Positions 38,201-53,633 are shown, numbered from the stretch's first letter. The stretch: 64,000 nucleotides of DNA from Epiperipatus broadwayi (GCA_028023455.1 JAQFVV010000003.1:25792001-25856000), one strand, 5' to 3'. Numbers and translations are program-made. Notes: generated by a model from the sequence alone, not told the origin.

Positions 38201-41200
38201 TAAGCTTTTATTCTCTATCCAGTAAATAGTTTGACATTAATTTATTGAGCAATAATGAATGGTTATCTGGGCTAGCTATGAGCTGACTATCTAAAAAAAT
38301 AATTCTAAGCCTACTCATGATCAGAAACCCCCCACCCACCCACCATTCACATGCACCAACTTGAACATATTATTGTGGGCATGGTAAGTGGATTCAATAA
38401 TCACACTCAAAACATCATGAAATAATCATAGATATGGGTTACCAGTCTCATGACCACATTCTCATTTATGTCATATTGTTGATAATCTAATTCTTGTTAA
38501 TTTAGAAAAAAGTAGAAAACCATAGCCATTGATAGCACATTTTCATAATGTAATATAGGTATAATGCTATATGTCCAACAAATGATATTGTATTACCTCT
38601 TTTAATATAGACAAAATTACATAAAGAAGAGATGTGTTGAAGTAAATTGTCTCAACTATCAACTTTATTACTTCAGCATTAATTACAAGTTACTTAAATA
38701 TATATATATCTTTAATTTAAATAAAAGTATTACAATAAATAAATTAACATTATATACATTTTAAATATAAAATAAAGTCAATTGTTATACAGTAACAATT
38801 TACAAATAAATATTGTACATCTAACTGATAGGCAAATCATGCATCTATTTTTACTTTCTTAATTTGTTAAGCTGCTTATCTTATTTTGTAACTTTTAATT
38901 TTTTTTAAAAAAAAAACGCAAGTGAATACTTTAACGAATGATTTTTGAAAATAAATTATTCTGTTTAAATAAATGTTATTAAAAAGCATCAATATGATTT
39001 CCTACAATTTTAACACTATTTATTTTAGCACAACTGTATTCAGTTATGAGAACATCTTATATTTAGAACATCTGAAAGTAGAATACCTCTATAACAATAA
39101 ATTTAAGAGAAAAAAACCAACCTTCCAACTAAACTGAAGTCACACATGCTATGATACGATTACATTATACATGTTTACATACACAGACATATATATTCAA
39201 ACACTCTTAAAACTTCTTTTCACCATTAATATCACATTAAAATTTAAACATGTTAAGACCGGCTCTCAACCCACACTATTTTTTATCAAAACTAGATTTA
39301 AATTTATTATAGCACTTTATTATATACATATCAAAAATGGGAATTACTATTGTAACATTGTGGGCACTAGCCATGCCAATATTACAAGCTTCCTAAGTTT
39401 AAATTTAGATTCAATTAATAGGAAAATAATATTTAATTTTCTATGTTTTATTTTAATAATAATAGGTAATTCACTTAATTTAATGATTTTCTTACAAAAT
39501 GATAATATGAAGATTCTAGAAAATTTTCTTCAAATAATTATCAAACATTATTTTTTTAATGATAATATGTAATACAAATTACAAATAGTTGTAAAAATGA
39601 AAGAAAAAATATAAATTTTTTTTTTCTTTTTTCAATAATTTTAACTATTTACCACTTTAGTTTAATGCTTAATAGTATTTTTAAAAAGAAGAGAAAGAAA
39701 ATATGATTTTAATGTTTTATTAAAATTTTACTTTAATTAATCAGATGTTTTCTTTCTTTTCTCTTTATCTCTCTCCTAAAAAAAAGCAGTGTTTATTAAA
39801 TCAGTCTAATTAATCTGATTATCTTGTTTTCTTTTGGCAATAAATTTTTTTAATAAAAATGGATTGTCAAAAATTTTATTATTTTAAAATTTTTGACTTG
39901 TCTTTCAATGTCAATGTTGAGGGTGGGAAATAGCTGAATAATCATATTTGTAAAAACTGATCTGACTGGTTATTATAAAATTTTGTCATGTAGGGGATAT
40001 TGTTATTGGTTTAAAAACAGGATTATTCCAAAAATTAAAGGGGTATAGAGTAGTCAGATGACCTAAATGTCTTGTGAGATGCAATGTCTTGACCTAGCTG
40101 TTGAAGAGGACAGTAGGAGAAAACAGTTCCTGACCCAGCTGCTAAAGAAGAAAAAAGCAGAAGTCTTATATAAGCTGTTGAAATTTTAACCAAGCTGTTA
40201 GCACAATATGAGTTTAGTTTTAAAATGTTTTCTACAATGAAAACCCATGTGCTAAATTCAGCTAAAGGATAACATCATCTTTCTCCATATAACCTGACTT
40301 CACTGGAATAAAATTTAAAGAAGGAAAATTCCCCTAAAATAATCTGCAATCTTGTATTCAACCAAGAGCATGAATCCCTATGTGTTAACCTTATCTGAAA
40401 ATTTTTATTGGAAGCAAAATGGATAAATTCTTGTTATTTGTTAACCTAAAAGTACTGCACCCCAAGAAAAAGTCAAATTAATTGTGTAAAATAATATATA
40501 AGCTTTCAAGAAAAAAACCAACATGGAAACTAAAAAATTATAGCTGTAAAGAAGAACTACAAAAAAATTTAAAACCAAAGATATTTGTATGTGCATATTG
40601 TATTTTCATTTATAATTTAAAAAAGGAAGCAATAATTTTATTAAACAAATTTAAAATATCATCTTCACAGTTTTTTTTTCAAAAATAGTTTGTAACTTTC
40701 AAAATATATAAATCAATACACCAACTTCTTATTTTTAAATCTTGTTTTTATATAACTATTATAAAAATATAAATACACAAATGTTTTGACTATTTTACAA
40801 TATTAGTCTTTTATTTTTTATAATAGTCATATAAAAAGATTTAAAAATAAGTTAGTGTACTGATTTATATATATTAATAATTTTATAAAAGTAAGAGTTA
40901 ATAATTTTGAATAATTTCATTAATTTAATATTTTCTAGTGAAACTTGTTTTTTAATCCATTCAATTATTCTCCTCAAAATTATGAAAGTTATTTTTTTTT
41001 GGAAAATGTAATTTTATTAAATTTTAAAATGTTTTTTTGAAACATGTTTTTACCCCCCCCCCCCAAATTCAACAAAGAATTAATTAGGCTAATTTAAAAA
41101 TTGTTATATCTGATTTTGAAAATGCTGTTTTCCAACTTTTGTTATTTAAAGAAATAAATCAGTGAAAACAAATTAATGAATTCAATAAACAAAAATCAAC

Positions 41201-41699
41201 TGGCTACTTATAACTTTTATGAAACTATATATTTTTAATTAAATAAATGTTTTGAAGTTTCCTATTATCATGTCATTTTTTATTTATTGTTAATCAGTTA
41301 TTAAATAGCTGTTTCAAAAATATTTTTTAGTTTTATATCTTTATTCCTCCAGCTACCTCTTACATGAGTAGGCAGTGTAAGTGGCTTGATTTCAAAACAG
41401 CTTAAAGTTTAGGGATTTTTAAATTATCCCAGTAAAAGTTATTTAATTATAGCAGCTTAAATCTATAAATTATTTAAAATTATTTCAAAAAAGCTGTTAT
41501 ATTTATTTATTTATCACTTGATCACAGTAATAGGTTATAGAGTTCTTACTTCCTGAGTTAAATCAGAGAAGAATGGTTACTTATAGAAATTAGGTATTTA
41601 GATTGGTATTTAGAGATCCAGATCATAACACTGGATGAGACAAAAGTATATTTTTTAAAGTCTATGCACTAGACTTTTTTATTAGAAATTAAATTTATA

Positions 41700-42060
41700 G
41701 TTGGCCAGAGAATTGATGATGATCAGCATGTTTCTGCATTCCAACATTATTTTTTGTTGTTACATTCTGATGGATTAGCACTTAAGTCTGTGCATCCAAA
41801 TTAAGTGTGTTGTATTTATGCCCTAAGTTAGGCATTGAGTAAATAATTAGCCTGTTTATAGTGGATTCTTTTCACATCCAGTCACATGATTGACTGTTTG
41901 ATTGACTTTGTTCTTGGTTATTTGTGATGATTATTACTCTTCTGTAATGTTGGAGATGCAACTTATGATTTGTTCATGCTGATTCTCTGTCCTTATATAT
42001 TCATTGCATATTTACTGGATCTTATTTGTCCTGATATCCATATTCACTGCATTCCTTTAA
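41700..42060 (-). mobile_element. Possible R4/NeSL-type non-LTR relic (zinc-knuckle region)
   Basis: The minus-strand fragment QTVNHVTGCEK, followed in another frame by YKQ, resembles the ETIxHIxxGC...YxxRH motif. Very degenerate. Confidence 0.3.
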
Positions 42061-45000
42061 TATTTAATTTGATTAGTTATTTTATGCAAATGGTGATGGT
42101 TTCCATCTTTCTATATTTATCTTTGTATTGATTCTTCTCATTCAGAACCCCTACAATATATTATAACCAATAAAAAGATGAGATAATGAAATGAATAGTG
42201 GTAATAACACAGCAGCATAAAGTATAAGCTAAAATTGTAAAACTATGCTCAATGAATTTAATAATATAAAATACCATATGCTACAATAAGAAGGTATACA
42301 GGGGAAGCATTTATAATAAAATATTATGTAAATATAAAGCAACATTATTAATAAACTGAGAGAAAAAATCTCAATTCACTCTAGCATAAGTAAACGAATC
42401 TTAATATTGTGAACATATGCCATTGAAATTACATTTAAATTTCTTTCTTCTTTAAACATCTACTACAACTACCAATTTATATCTATTTTTTAAAGATCTT
42501 CTAAGCATCTCATTACTTTGATCAGATAAAACATTATTTAATTCTCAAAAAATTTAAAATATTCTTTAAAATCGATGCCGCTTAGAATTCATATTTGAAT
42601 TAACTTCTTTGTTATTAAAACAGTATATATTGACACACATCCTGTCTCACCTACTATGTTCCATAGTAGTGTTTATTCTAAGTTTAAACCTCAATAAGTG
42701 CACGTATATTCATATTTATTTACATTATATTTATGTGTAACCACTATGTACATGTATAGCTATGTATAATATGTATATTCAATTAGATTTCATAGGTTAA
42801 ATTTAACACTTATCTGTGTAAATATCATTATATATGTATTAGCACACTTATATATATATGCAAGTGAAGCTGTAACATAATAGATTTAATAAGCATTATA
42901 AAACAATTATATTTATATTTTGAATCATTAATTTGTTATAAATTTAATGTATAAATTTATTAATTTCACTAAGACTTGCATATATATATTTCCAATTCCA
43001 AGGGTGACCAACATACATATACAGCAAAATATTTAACAGATGTTAATTTAGTTTTAGAATATTTATGAATTCTTGGTAAAAGTATCATGCCACATGCAGC
43101 CTGTGTTAGATTTACATGGAGGTCAAACACAGATTTTAAAAATAACAAATTTAAAATATATTTTGGACAAAGCAGAACCATCCAAGCAGTACTATTTTAA
43201 ATCTGCTAGAGATTTTCTTTTGTCTTTACTAAGATGTTAATATAAAATTTAAAAGATGCTAAAATTAAAGATTAAAATTTCAAGTTGTAAACAAGTTAAT
43301 AGGTTTATAGGGGGGTATCAGAAATCTAATACAAAACCCCCAAATTTTAGCACTCATCATCTATTCTCTTGTAATAACTGAAGCAGTTGCTGCTGGGAGC
43401 TATGCTGATTTGAAAATTAATATGATTGGCTAGAAAGGCACAGCTTTGCCATCTTCCTTTGAAAAATCAGTGACCTTCCACCCATTGCACAATCATCACT
43501 GTGGAATGAAGGAGATCAGTTTCAACAGCTTCCCAAGAAGATACCAAAGACAACCTATTCAAGAGTGCCAGTGCCTATTTCAAAAGCTGGATAATTCAGC
43601 CTAGAAGAAAATTGGTAACATTTCTTCTCTGCAAAGCTCTCTAAATCTCTATTTAAATATTCTTAATAAATTTTTTAAATCTAGCTGTCTGTAATGAGCA
43701 TTCATAAAATCATAACTTATAATTCTCAATTAAGTAAAACTCTGTAAAATAAATTTCTAAATGTAACTTTAAAATAAATCTAATGTAACTGTAACAATCA
43801 TGCCCGTAAAAATAAATATGAATGGAATTTTAAATAACTTCTATTCAATATAATAACTGTAATCAGTTATTATTTAATTTTTCTAATCAGTAGTCATGAC
43901 TATTCCTATTTTGATTATTTTATTTTTAATTGATATGTTATGATATGCCATAATTTCAAGGCAAATATAAGTAACTTAGTAAACTTTAGAGAGATGATTA
44001 GAAGCTATCCAGTAGAATATTTCTTTGCTGTTTTTAGCAAACATAAATCTCTGTTTTGGAATCTGTTCTTACATGTAATAATAGATCACTATATACTCGT
44101 TGTTATACATATATGTTATTTAAGCTATTATATATTAGCTTGTCAGTAAAGTTTTCAGATTATTAACATAAATATTAGTTAGATAATAGCAAGGATGATC
44201 CTTAAAGACATATTGGTAATTATTAAGTAAACCCCCGAAATATGCTTTTCTCCACCCTAGTATATTATATGAAATATACAGATTCAATATTTCTAAACTA
44301 GATTGCTTTTAATGAAACCCCTCTTCACACATTTAAAGTGTGCTAATTTAAGAACTGGGTTAAGGCAGTTTCACAGAACAAAACTATAGTATTTTGTGCA
44401 TTTAAATTTAAGTATAGTATTATTATTTAGTAGGTGTTACAAATGTTTTTACTAAACATTACATGTGTATTTATGTGTTGCTTTTCTTTTTAAAATGGGT
44501 TTATGGTTTATATACCACCCCAATATTTAATTTGGACAGTCACACTTAGAACTGGAACATGAGGATCCAGAAACCAATTTTAAAATGGCTCTAATATCCC
44601 AAACTAAGGTTTTATATTATGCTAGAAAGTCGTACAGTCCAAGGGAACTGAGTACTTGGTACTGAATCCTGTGAATAATTATACATTTGTACTGCAAACT
44701 ATTATTTTATTTATTTAGCACCATAGTATCAGAAGCTCATTACAATCACCAGTTTGTTCCACCCCATTATTACCTTTAGCATTAATCTGAACATAGAATC
44801 TAGTTAACTTAAGGAATTTGTATATAGAGCATATTTATTGCTCATAATTAATATGTTAGAATGAATAAATTAATGTTTTATCATATACCATCTCTATAAT
44901 ATTTAGCTTCTCAGCAGCAGACCTAAGAATAGTTGGCATAACCTATATATGTTGGTATGAGTATTGAGTATTAATCACAGATAATAAGCCATAACAATGA

Positions 45001-45817
45001 TACATATAAAGTGAATTTTTTAAAGATGAGACTTCTGTAACCTAAATCATCTCATCATTGTTATAACACCTGTGTGTGTAAAGCTTAACCAATGCACATC
45101 TGTTGTTATTATCTTAATTAATTTGTTTATTTTATATATTAAAGATATTAAAATTATAATATTATTTCATGTTATCTCTCACAGTCCATCTCAAGTCACT
45201 CCAAATCTATCCAAATTAATATTAATTTATTAATATATATGCATTAGTTTATTTACCATAAGTGTGTTTTTGTTTATTATTATTAATAATTTAGAGGTCA
45301 TTCCTGAATCTCATGCTCCACCCTTTTCTAAGCTGGCTCGCAAATTAAATTGAGATTGAGTGTAACCTTATATATGTCATCCTTAGGATAATAAATCATG
45401 GAGGGCTGGTGAAAGAGTTGAAGTGTGGTGAGATTTGAGTTCTCAACCACTCATCTGGATCAACTTTAGTGTAATTTGCCAGATCTCTGGATTTTGTTGC
45501 ATGAATGTACAAATATGAATGTTACATTATCAAAATAAATTTAAATATGATTCATTAAATTAAATCAGAGTATCTCAGAATAATATGATCTCATTTAAAT
45601 TATAAAAATAAATTCTTTTTGACTTTTTAGATTTATACTACATTGAATAAAATCCTAGTTAATAAAATACATAAGATATACATTTTCCCTAAACTAATGT
45701 GTTATCATAATTATGACAATACAATATTATTACTAACTTAAAAAAAATAAATATGATCTCTTAATTTTAGAATAAGATAATGAATATTTTAGGATTACAC
45801 TCAGATAATAAGAAAGG

Positions 45818-46362
45818 ATTGGTGTTAAACCACTAAACATCACATGATCGCCATCTCTTATACTAGTACACAATTGTTATTAAACAAGGTAAAACTCTCC
45901 ATACAGTAGTGCCACCCTGTGCTAACCAGAGTAATCAATGGATGCCAGAAGGCTTGTGCATAAAATCCCTATCTAGTGCCTGCTCATCCAATATCCCCAG
46001 ACTCGTTTCTGGCTTGTGGCCAAAATGTATGGGTGCTGAACTGAGATAAGACCCATATGACTAAATAAAATATTGAGCTTAGATTGAAAATATTATTATG
46101 TTTTCAATTTCATTTTCATAGTTTTGTAGTTAAGTAGAGATAAAAGGTGGCGGCTGGAGGGTTGCATTAGATCCTAAGATCTAGGTGCAGTGCTCTCAGA
46201 TCCAAGGCTCCTCACTGACGAAGCCACAAGCCAGAAACTAGTCTGGGGATATTGGATGAATAGGCACTAGATAGGGATTTTATGCACAAGCTTTCTGGCA
46301 TCCAATGATTACTCTGGTTGGCCCAGGGTAGCACTATTGTATGGAGAATTTTGCCTTGTTTA
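45818..46362. mobile_element. Family H2 fold-back insertion with hammerhead motif
   Basis: 13-bp TSD ATAATAAGAAAGG (45805-45817, 46363-46375), a ~60-bp unique tail, and inverted arms at ~45878-46020 and ~46223-46363. Confidence 0.85.
46209..46249 (+). ncRNA. Minimal type I hammerhead ribozyme motif (GUC site, palindromic helix III)
   Basis: TCCTCA-CTGACGA-agccacaagcca-GAAAC-TA-GTC^TGGGGA. Helix I is 6 bp (TCCTCA/TGGGGA). ACTAGT is a palindrome. Helix II is weak (2 bp). Confidence 0.7.
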
Positions 46363-49300
46363 ATAATAAGAAAGGGTAAAAGATTTTGTAGCCAGCCTAA
46401 ATATTTTAAAACAAATCAACTTAAACACATTATAAATATGAATTATGTTCTTGTAAAATTACATTTTATCATAAAATAATAAACATGATCTTCAAATATG
46501 AAAATGATTTTAAAATAAATATGCACAGTTATTTGAAATAAACAAATTGAATTAGTTAAAGTGAGAAAAAGTAACAAATCAAATTATAATTCTTTATGAA
46601 GCAAAATGCATCTTTCTTAGATGTTTTATTAATGCTTAAATAATTCAATAAAGTGACACTTAGTACTTTCAACGTCATGTACTCTTTTAGCAAATACCCT
46701 TAAAATAATTTATATTTTATAAGCATTTACATTTTTACTAAACACTGTAAATGATTTGTTTTGGTAAGTGGAATGGTGTGAACAAACGACTATGAGAATT
46801 TTTTTAATTATTAATAATAAATATTTATTTACAGGAAAACAAAAACAAAATTACAAATAATCCATGTTTGAGTCCACATAGCCAAAAGTTTTCACAATAT
46901 TACTTCCTCAAAATTTATAACAGAATGATAAAAATTTTACATCATGTTTTATTAAAAATAAATTAAATTGGATTAAGCAAAAATAATTCAGCAGATTAAA
47001 ATAAACTTTATATTGGTTAATTATCAAAAAATTCTCACTTATTCATGTATTTATATAATAATAATAATAATAACCTTCATAAATAGTGTTCCTTCTCTGA
47101 ATATTTAATATGCTCAATAACAATAATAGATTACCAATCCAGAAATGAGAGAATGATAAGACAGATAATGTCTGCTTATGCCTAAAATAAACTTTTAAAT
47201 TTTAAAATTAATTATTTATAATATGACTTACACATTTACAATGTATTATTCACATTTAGGCCAATCAAGAATGCTATAGAGGTAAGGTAGAATTCCTCAA
47301 TACTGTGATACAACCACTAAAATGCCATACAAAATCACAGTAAAATCTTACACATGCTATATTAAACATACTTCAAATTACAAACAAAATCTAACTTCAA
47401 ATATAAAATAAGACAAAGTGAAAGTATGATAGCATAGCTCATAAGACACACCTACTTTTGAGGGCTAATAAAGGATCTAGAATTTTGTCACTAGTCAGGA
47501 AAAATAATGAGAATGCACTTCAGAGACAAAGCATTAAATAGGAATTGCCTTAAAATAGAGAGTCTAAACTAAATCTCCAAAATATATGCTATGAGCATAC
47601 AAATATTACCAAGACAACAAATAATGAGAGACAAATATTACCATCTCTTGAAAAATAAGCTAGCAAAATATATATAAGCACTTTTAAAATAGAGAGAGAA
47701 TAAATCTATCTAACAAGAATATTACAGCTAACAAATGTGAAATATGATAAATAATAATAATCAATGCTAAATATGGCTCTATTAACATTAGGCAATAAAT
47801 AAGCACAAATAAATAATAGAAACAAACATATACTTATTCAGTTTACAGCATAATAAAGGGAAACATATACTATTTTAAAATATGTAAATATGATAAAGTA
47901 CTATTCTGAGAACTTTAGCTTATAATATTTCAAAATATAGCATATACAATAAAAATAACATGCACATAAATGAAACATAGTGTGCAAAATCATAATGTAA
48001 ATAATTTCAATTTTTTTACCATCAAATGAATCATCCTCCATCAAACTTAAACATGAATAAGAATGTTGGCAACAACATCTTGTGGAAAGCAAACATATCT
48101 ATCATATAATACAATATAACTATGATATTAAAATCTATAATATAACTATGAAATGTAGAACGTTTCTTTTGGATATCCTTAGTAAATCTCAAATAACTCT
48201 GCTAGAAAGTGTGAGATAAACTTATGGCCATTCATTTAATACATTTCCTGGATTTAAATTAGGATCATTGTTCATTACATTATAATAAATATATCTCTCA
48301 AGTATTTAAATTCAGGTTTTTAAATTAATTTATTATACAAATTATTCTAAATTTGTAATAGTAATGCAAATGTAGTATAATAAGTTACTTTTAATAAATA
48401 ATATTTATTAAACATTATTAAATATTTACAGGAGAAAATATTTACATCAAACATCATAGTCATAACCACAGAGGTCCTCATAGCAATGTTCAGAGGGAAA
48501 AAATAACTCACAGGTTTTAAACAATTTTGCAGGCATTATAAAATAATTAAAATGTAGAAAAATTATTTAAGTTCACTCAAACACAATATCATTTTTTCAG
48601 ATATATTTTAATTGTCATTTTGTGAAGTGAAAAACTTTCAAATTTCACATAATATTTATTAATAGTTTGTTGTAAGTTTATTTTTTTTTATTACCCCCAT
48701 TTGGAGAAAATATTTATTTCTTTCGGAGAGAAAATGGAAATAGTCATAATAAGTGAATTCTTATATTTCTGCTTTAATAAGTTAACAATAAAATGTCTTT
48801 TATTTAAATGAACACAAATACATTTTATTGAAGTATAATTTATTATTAATTTAAATTTTCTTTTGAAATGTAAATCATTTGTAAATATCTGAAATATGCA
48901 TTTGTTATATCAAAATATAGTTCTTATTTTGAATTTTAAAGTTTTTTTTTTACTTTAGTTAAATAAATTCTAGACAATTTGATATAAACAAATATTTAAA
49001 AAAAATATAAATACTTTCTATAATGTTCTTGCCAATAAGAAAGTTAAATAGTTTATGAAAATTTTAATTATAACACAGATGTTCAATTGACTTTGAAATT
49101 AACAATTGTTCTTAAGTCATGATAATGGTAATAGCAATGACTTTTGAAGTTTTCTAATGCAGATTTAAAAAACAATATTCTAAACATTGTAATAATGAAA
49201 TATATAGCCACTGTATCTGGCAGGTACAGAAATTTTAGTTCCTTTGATTTTTCAGTTCAGATAAGTGTGCCTAAATAGTTTTAGTTCAACCTAACATATT

Positions 49301-49759
49301 GAGCTTACAAGTAATAAATTTTTAAAAAAATTATACTTTTTAAAATTTTAAATATGACTGGTACAAATTAAACAACTGAAGTAAAGTAAAAAAGTGGGTG
49401 ATGATTCCTTGTCAAGTGTCGGTCTCACCTTATTTATATTAGTCATGTGACCATTTTACAAAACTGTTTATTAACCTTTTGATCTACAACCTCTTCCCTG
49501 ATTAGTTCCAATCCTTGACCTATAAATAAGGTTGTTAATCAAATATTACCTAATTTAATATTCAATTTTACAATAAATCAATTTTTGTCTAGACAAATAG
49601 ATTAATTGAAAACACTTCCTGCTTAAAAATCAAAATAATTACAAATTACTAAACACTAGGATAAAATAAAAATATTACATAATTAAAATTTACATTGGAT
49701 TTTTAATAAAGTAAATATTACAAACAATAATTAATACATTTATTTACCACTGTTTAAAT

Positions 49760-50600
49760 TTAGACAAAATATCGCAGAATATATTTTAAATTGTTTTTCA
49801 GAATATTTTAAAAATAAATAATATTAAATAAGTATAATATTTATTCACCCCTTTTAATCTTTTAAGTGATTATTGTGACTAAAAATAAGACGGCTTCAAG
49901 TCACTCAAATTCCATCATTTTTAATGCTACCATTAAGATTTTGCATTATTTTTAAAGGTTAAAAAAAGTTCTGTAAGATGCTGCCCTCTTCTGAATTATT
50001 TTACAAGTAAAAAAATCAATAATATTCAAAGTTTAAGTATAACAAAAGAAGAGGGCAGTCCACCCGTGATGCTGATTGGCTGTTAATCGTCAAGGACAAA
50101 GAAAAACGCTTGTCAATAACTAAACCGCTATGATTTTTTTCTTTCATTTTGAAATTGATAAACGAATGTTTTAGACCATTTAAAAGTATTTTTTGACATA
50201 TTATAAATTATTTTGATAAAATATGCTAAAAATAAAATTATTTTAGAAAAATAGTTAAGATTTTAATAAAAATTACTTTTCTGCAACATAAAATTGGGAA
50301 AGAAATCATTGACATCAGCAACACTTTTTAGTTGGTGAGTAACATTCATTTTAGATTTGTTGCTATCAAATATTTTTATAATTATAAATAAAAATTTATT
50401 TTTGAAAAGACTTTTGTTCACTTTAATAACCTGACAAATTATTAATATACTTTTTACAAATGAAACTGAAGTGAATATACTATTAAAAGATGAATATATT
50501 TTGACGGTTGAGTTTGTGAATTGACCAATTAAAAGTTTAAACTTTTACCTCACTCGGCCAATAAAATAATCAGCGCTCCAAGGGTTAATATTCATTTATT
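49760..50600. promoter_or_regulatory. CpG-retaining patch with several CCAAT boxes
   Basis: CTGATTGGCT at ~50072, TGACCAAT at ~50522 and GGCCAAT at ~50556, plus clustered CpG. Confidence 0.4.
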
Positions 50601-51455
50601 CATTACTTAAAATTCTAAGTTTAATTATTAGCTTTATTAAACTCTTTTGTAATTAAAGTAGTTTAAAATATTTAATTAGAATATTAAGTGGTAACATTAA
50701 AAATGTATTAAAATATTATAGCTTTAGTTTTAAAGACTAGCAAATGAAAAATATAAGGGTTGAAGTCTGATTTCTTAATCTTAAAGATTAACACCAGCAT
50801 TTTGAAACATTTTATCACTTGAATTAGGAATAAGTTAATAATTTTAACTTGAAAATACATTATTTATCATTTATCTTACCAGCTATTTAAATATTTAAAG
50901 ACTTTAGCATGCTAAACATTTATTTATGTTAAAATTAATATAATTTAAGGTGTGTAAATTTATTTTACAGCTGTACAACAGATAAAATACTGATATAGCA
51001 GCTTTTATATGTAAAATTTATGGCATTATAAAATATTAGCAACAATTTATTCATAACAAAACTATATAATTTTTTTTAGATATCTTGGTATGAAATTTAA
51101 TTGGACATTTAGCATCTGCCAAAGTTAAAGTGTGTGTATATATATATAAAGCTTTTTTGGTACATAGTTTGTGCCCTTCTTAAAAGCTTAGCATCTATTT
51201 TAATATTAACCAATTTTATAAATAGAATTCTATCTAGTATTTTATAATGGAAGTCAAAACAATAACAAAATAAAACATGAATAAAACAGAATAAAATTAT
51301 GATACAAAGATTTAATAAAAGCTTAAAGAATTGACAATATAACATAACAATGTATATAATAAATAAAAACCAATCCTATAAAACTTTATATATATTGCAT
51401 TATTATATAATTTTCTATCCATTTTTAATTGACTACTTATTAATAAACATATATA

Positions 51456-52662
51456 CACCTGGGTCTTGTTTATGTGGTAGATAGGTTCCACAGAAAACCT
51501 GCATTAAAAAAAAATTGCACAAAAATAGATTTAACTTACCTTAAAAAAAATGGGGGATAGGTTTTGTAATTTTCAGAAATCGCATAAAAGCAAAGCAACA
51601 AGAAAAAATTATTTTAAAATTCGCATTAAAAAAATAAGAAAATAAAGTATGACTAATAAAAAATTTCAAAAATTTGGAAAAAATTGATACAAGACAAACT
51701 TTTTTTATTAACTACAGTATTTAATTTTACATTTTTTCATACATATTTTAATCATTACTGCTATTTGACAATATACAGTTTGTTTGTAAACTAGTAAGAA
51801 ATCAGATTCATCACAAGAGGAAGTACAACTAGCACCACTTTCAGTCTTGTGCTGTGTTAATGGTTTTCTGTTGACAATATAATCAGTGATTAAACTTTGA
51901 AATGATGATTTTACTAATTGTTTATAAAGCTCATGATATCCAGACATATAACTAATTTAGCTCTCATTGTAATTTAAGAGGTTGTTTATTGCAGCAAACT
52001 CAGATTTCAGCAATTTCTGACATTTTTCTTTGTCTCACACATCAATGTAAAGTCTATGATTAAATGATTAATACTCATCCGAAAATAATAAATTTGTTTT
52101 CATTTGATAGAGATTTTTGTTTTCTATTGAAATAAATTTCAAATGTTCATATTTTGTTTCTATATTAAAAAAATAAGATCGCAATCAAAACAAAAAGATT
52201 ATACATTACCATTAGAAAGATTACTTTCAGTTTAAAAAACTTTATTTATTTTAAAAATTTAAAAGAATATTTATTTCTGTTATATCTAACAAAATGTTTT
52301 AAAAGTTTAAAATTTTTGAATAATTATTGTAATATTTATATACTCATAAGTATAAATTTATTATTATTATTTACTCATAAGTATAAGTAGGTTATTTATG
52401 CAGAAGCTAAGATTCTAAATACAGTGTCAGGCCACATTCACATTAACTGCTAATATAACATTATATTTTTGAGAAAAAAAAGTATTTCAAGTCAAAATAT
52501 ATTATTAATAAATTAAATTTCTTAATATCTAATAAATATAGTGAAATATGAACTTCTTTATCACATAAAAGAAAACCCACATAAAAAAATATTAAGAAGA
52601 AACATGGATCACATAACTTCAAAATCGCATTTAAAAAATCTGCATAAAATGAGACCCAGGTG
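51456..52662 (-). mobile_element. pogo/Tigger-like deletion derivative (second copy, opposite orientation)
   Basis: Perfect 11-bp TIR CACCTGGGTCT / AGACCCAGGTG with TA on both sides. 51460-51850 aligns with the reverse complement of 30070-30496, and 52590-52662 with 29171-29245. Confidence 0.85.
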
Positions 52663-53633
52663 TATATTGAAATGATATATTCCATAGGAATATATTTCAT
52701 TGATGTATATGTTAAGCAAATGTATGGAAAATAAATTTTATTTAATAGCTTAAGAAATATGATGTACTTAAAGAATTTTATTATTATCTGTAATTAAACA
52801 TCTTATGCATTCTTTATTTGAATAAACGTTAATTTTATGAAACAATAATTTAAAAAGAAAGTTAATTTATCTATAATTGTATAAAATATTCTTTTTATTG
52901 AAATCAATTTTGTTGTATTTAAAATATTAATCTATAAACAACTGATATTATTTTATTAATTTAACTGCAAAATAATTTATTGTTCTGTTGGTGCTGTGCC
53001 AAGAAGAACTTCTTAATATTAAATGATCATGTAGAGAGATAGAATCATTATTTTTTTTAAAAAAAGTACTAAATTTTAAGCTAATGAAAATGATTTTTTA
53101 AGTGTATACTTTTTTATCACAGAAGGCAGACATGAATTTTAATAGATAACTTATTCTTTCATCTCTTCATCCAACATAAATATGAAAGTTTTCTAAGCCA
53201 TCAATTGCTGCAAAAATGATTTGCTCTTCAACTTTATACAGGTCTGTATTTAAAATAAAGTGCCAAAATAAGAAGATTGTCTGCTAGGATATTCAAAATT
53301 GCAAAAGGAAAATAAAACTTTACTGGTGAAGCAGTCTATCTGATACTCAGATTGAGCTTCACAGCCCACTCAGAATATCCCACCACCAAACCATAGTCAA
53401 ACTTCATCCTTACTCATATATATATATATATTTATTAATACATTTTTTGCTTAACTATTAAAATAATCACTAACATAGATATATAGAAATATCTTAATGT
53501 AATTACCTTTAATAAAGAAATATTTGATTTTATTTTAATTCATATATGTGTGTAATGGATGTGTACATATTATAGGTGAGGGAAGATTACTTTTAAAATA
53601 AGTATAAAAGCAAAATATATATTAATGTGTATT

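Noticed and set aside
39171-39572. 133-aa ORF
   Set aside because: I/F/K/N-rich composition expected from AT-rich DNA, with no recognisable domain.
39950-40430. gypsy gag N-terminus-like fragment (KQFLTQLL...YKLL)
   Set aside because: A single short fragment with no supporting downstream domains.
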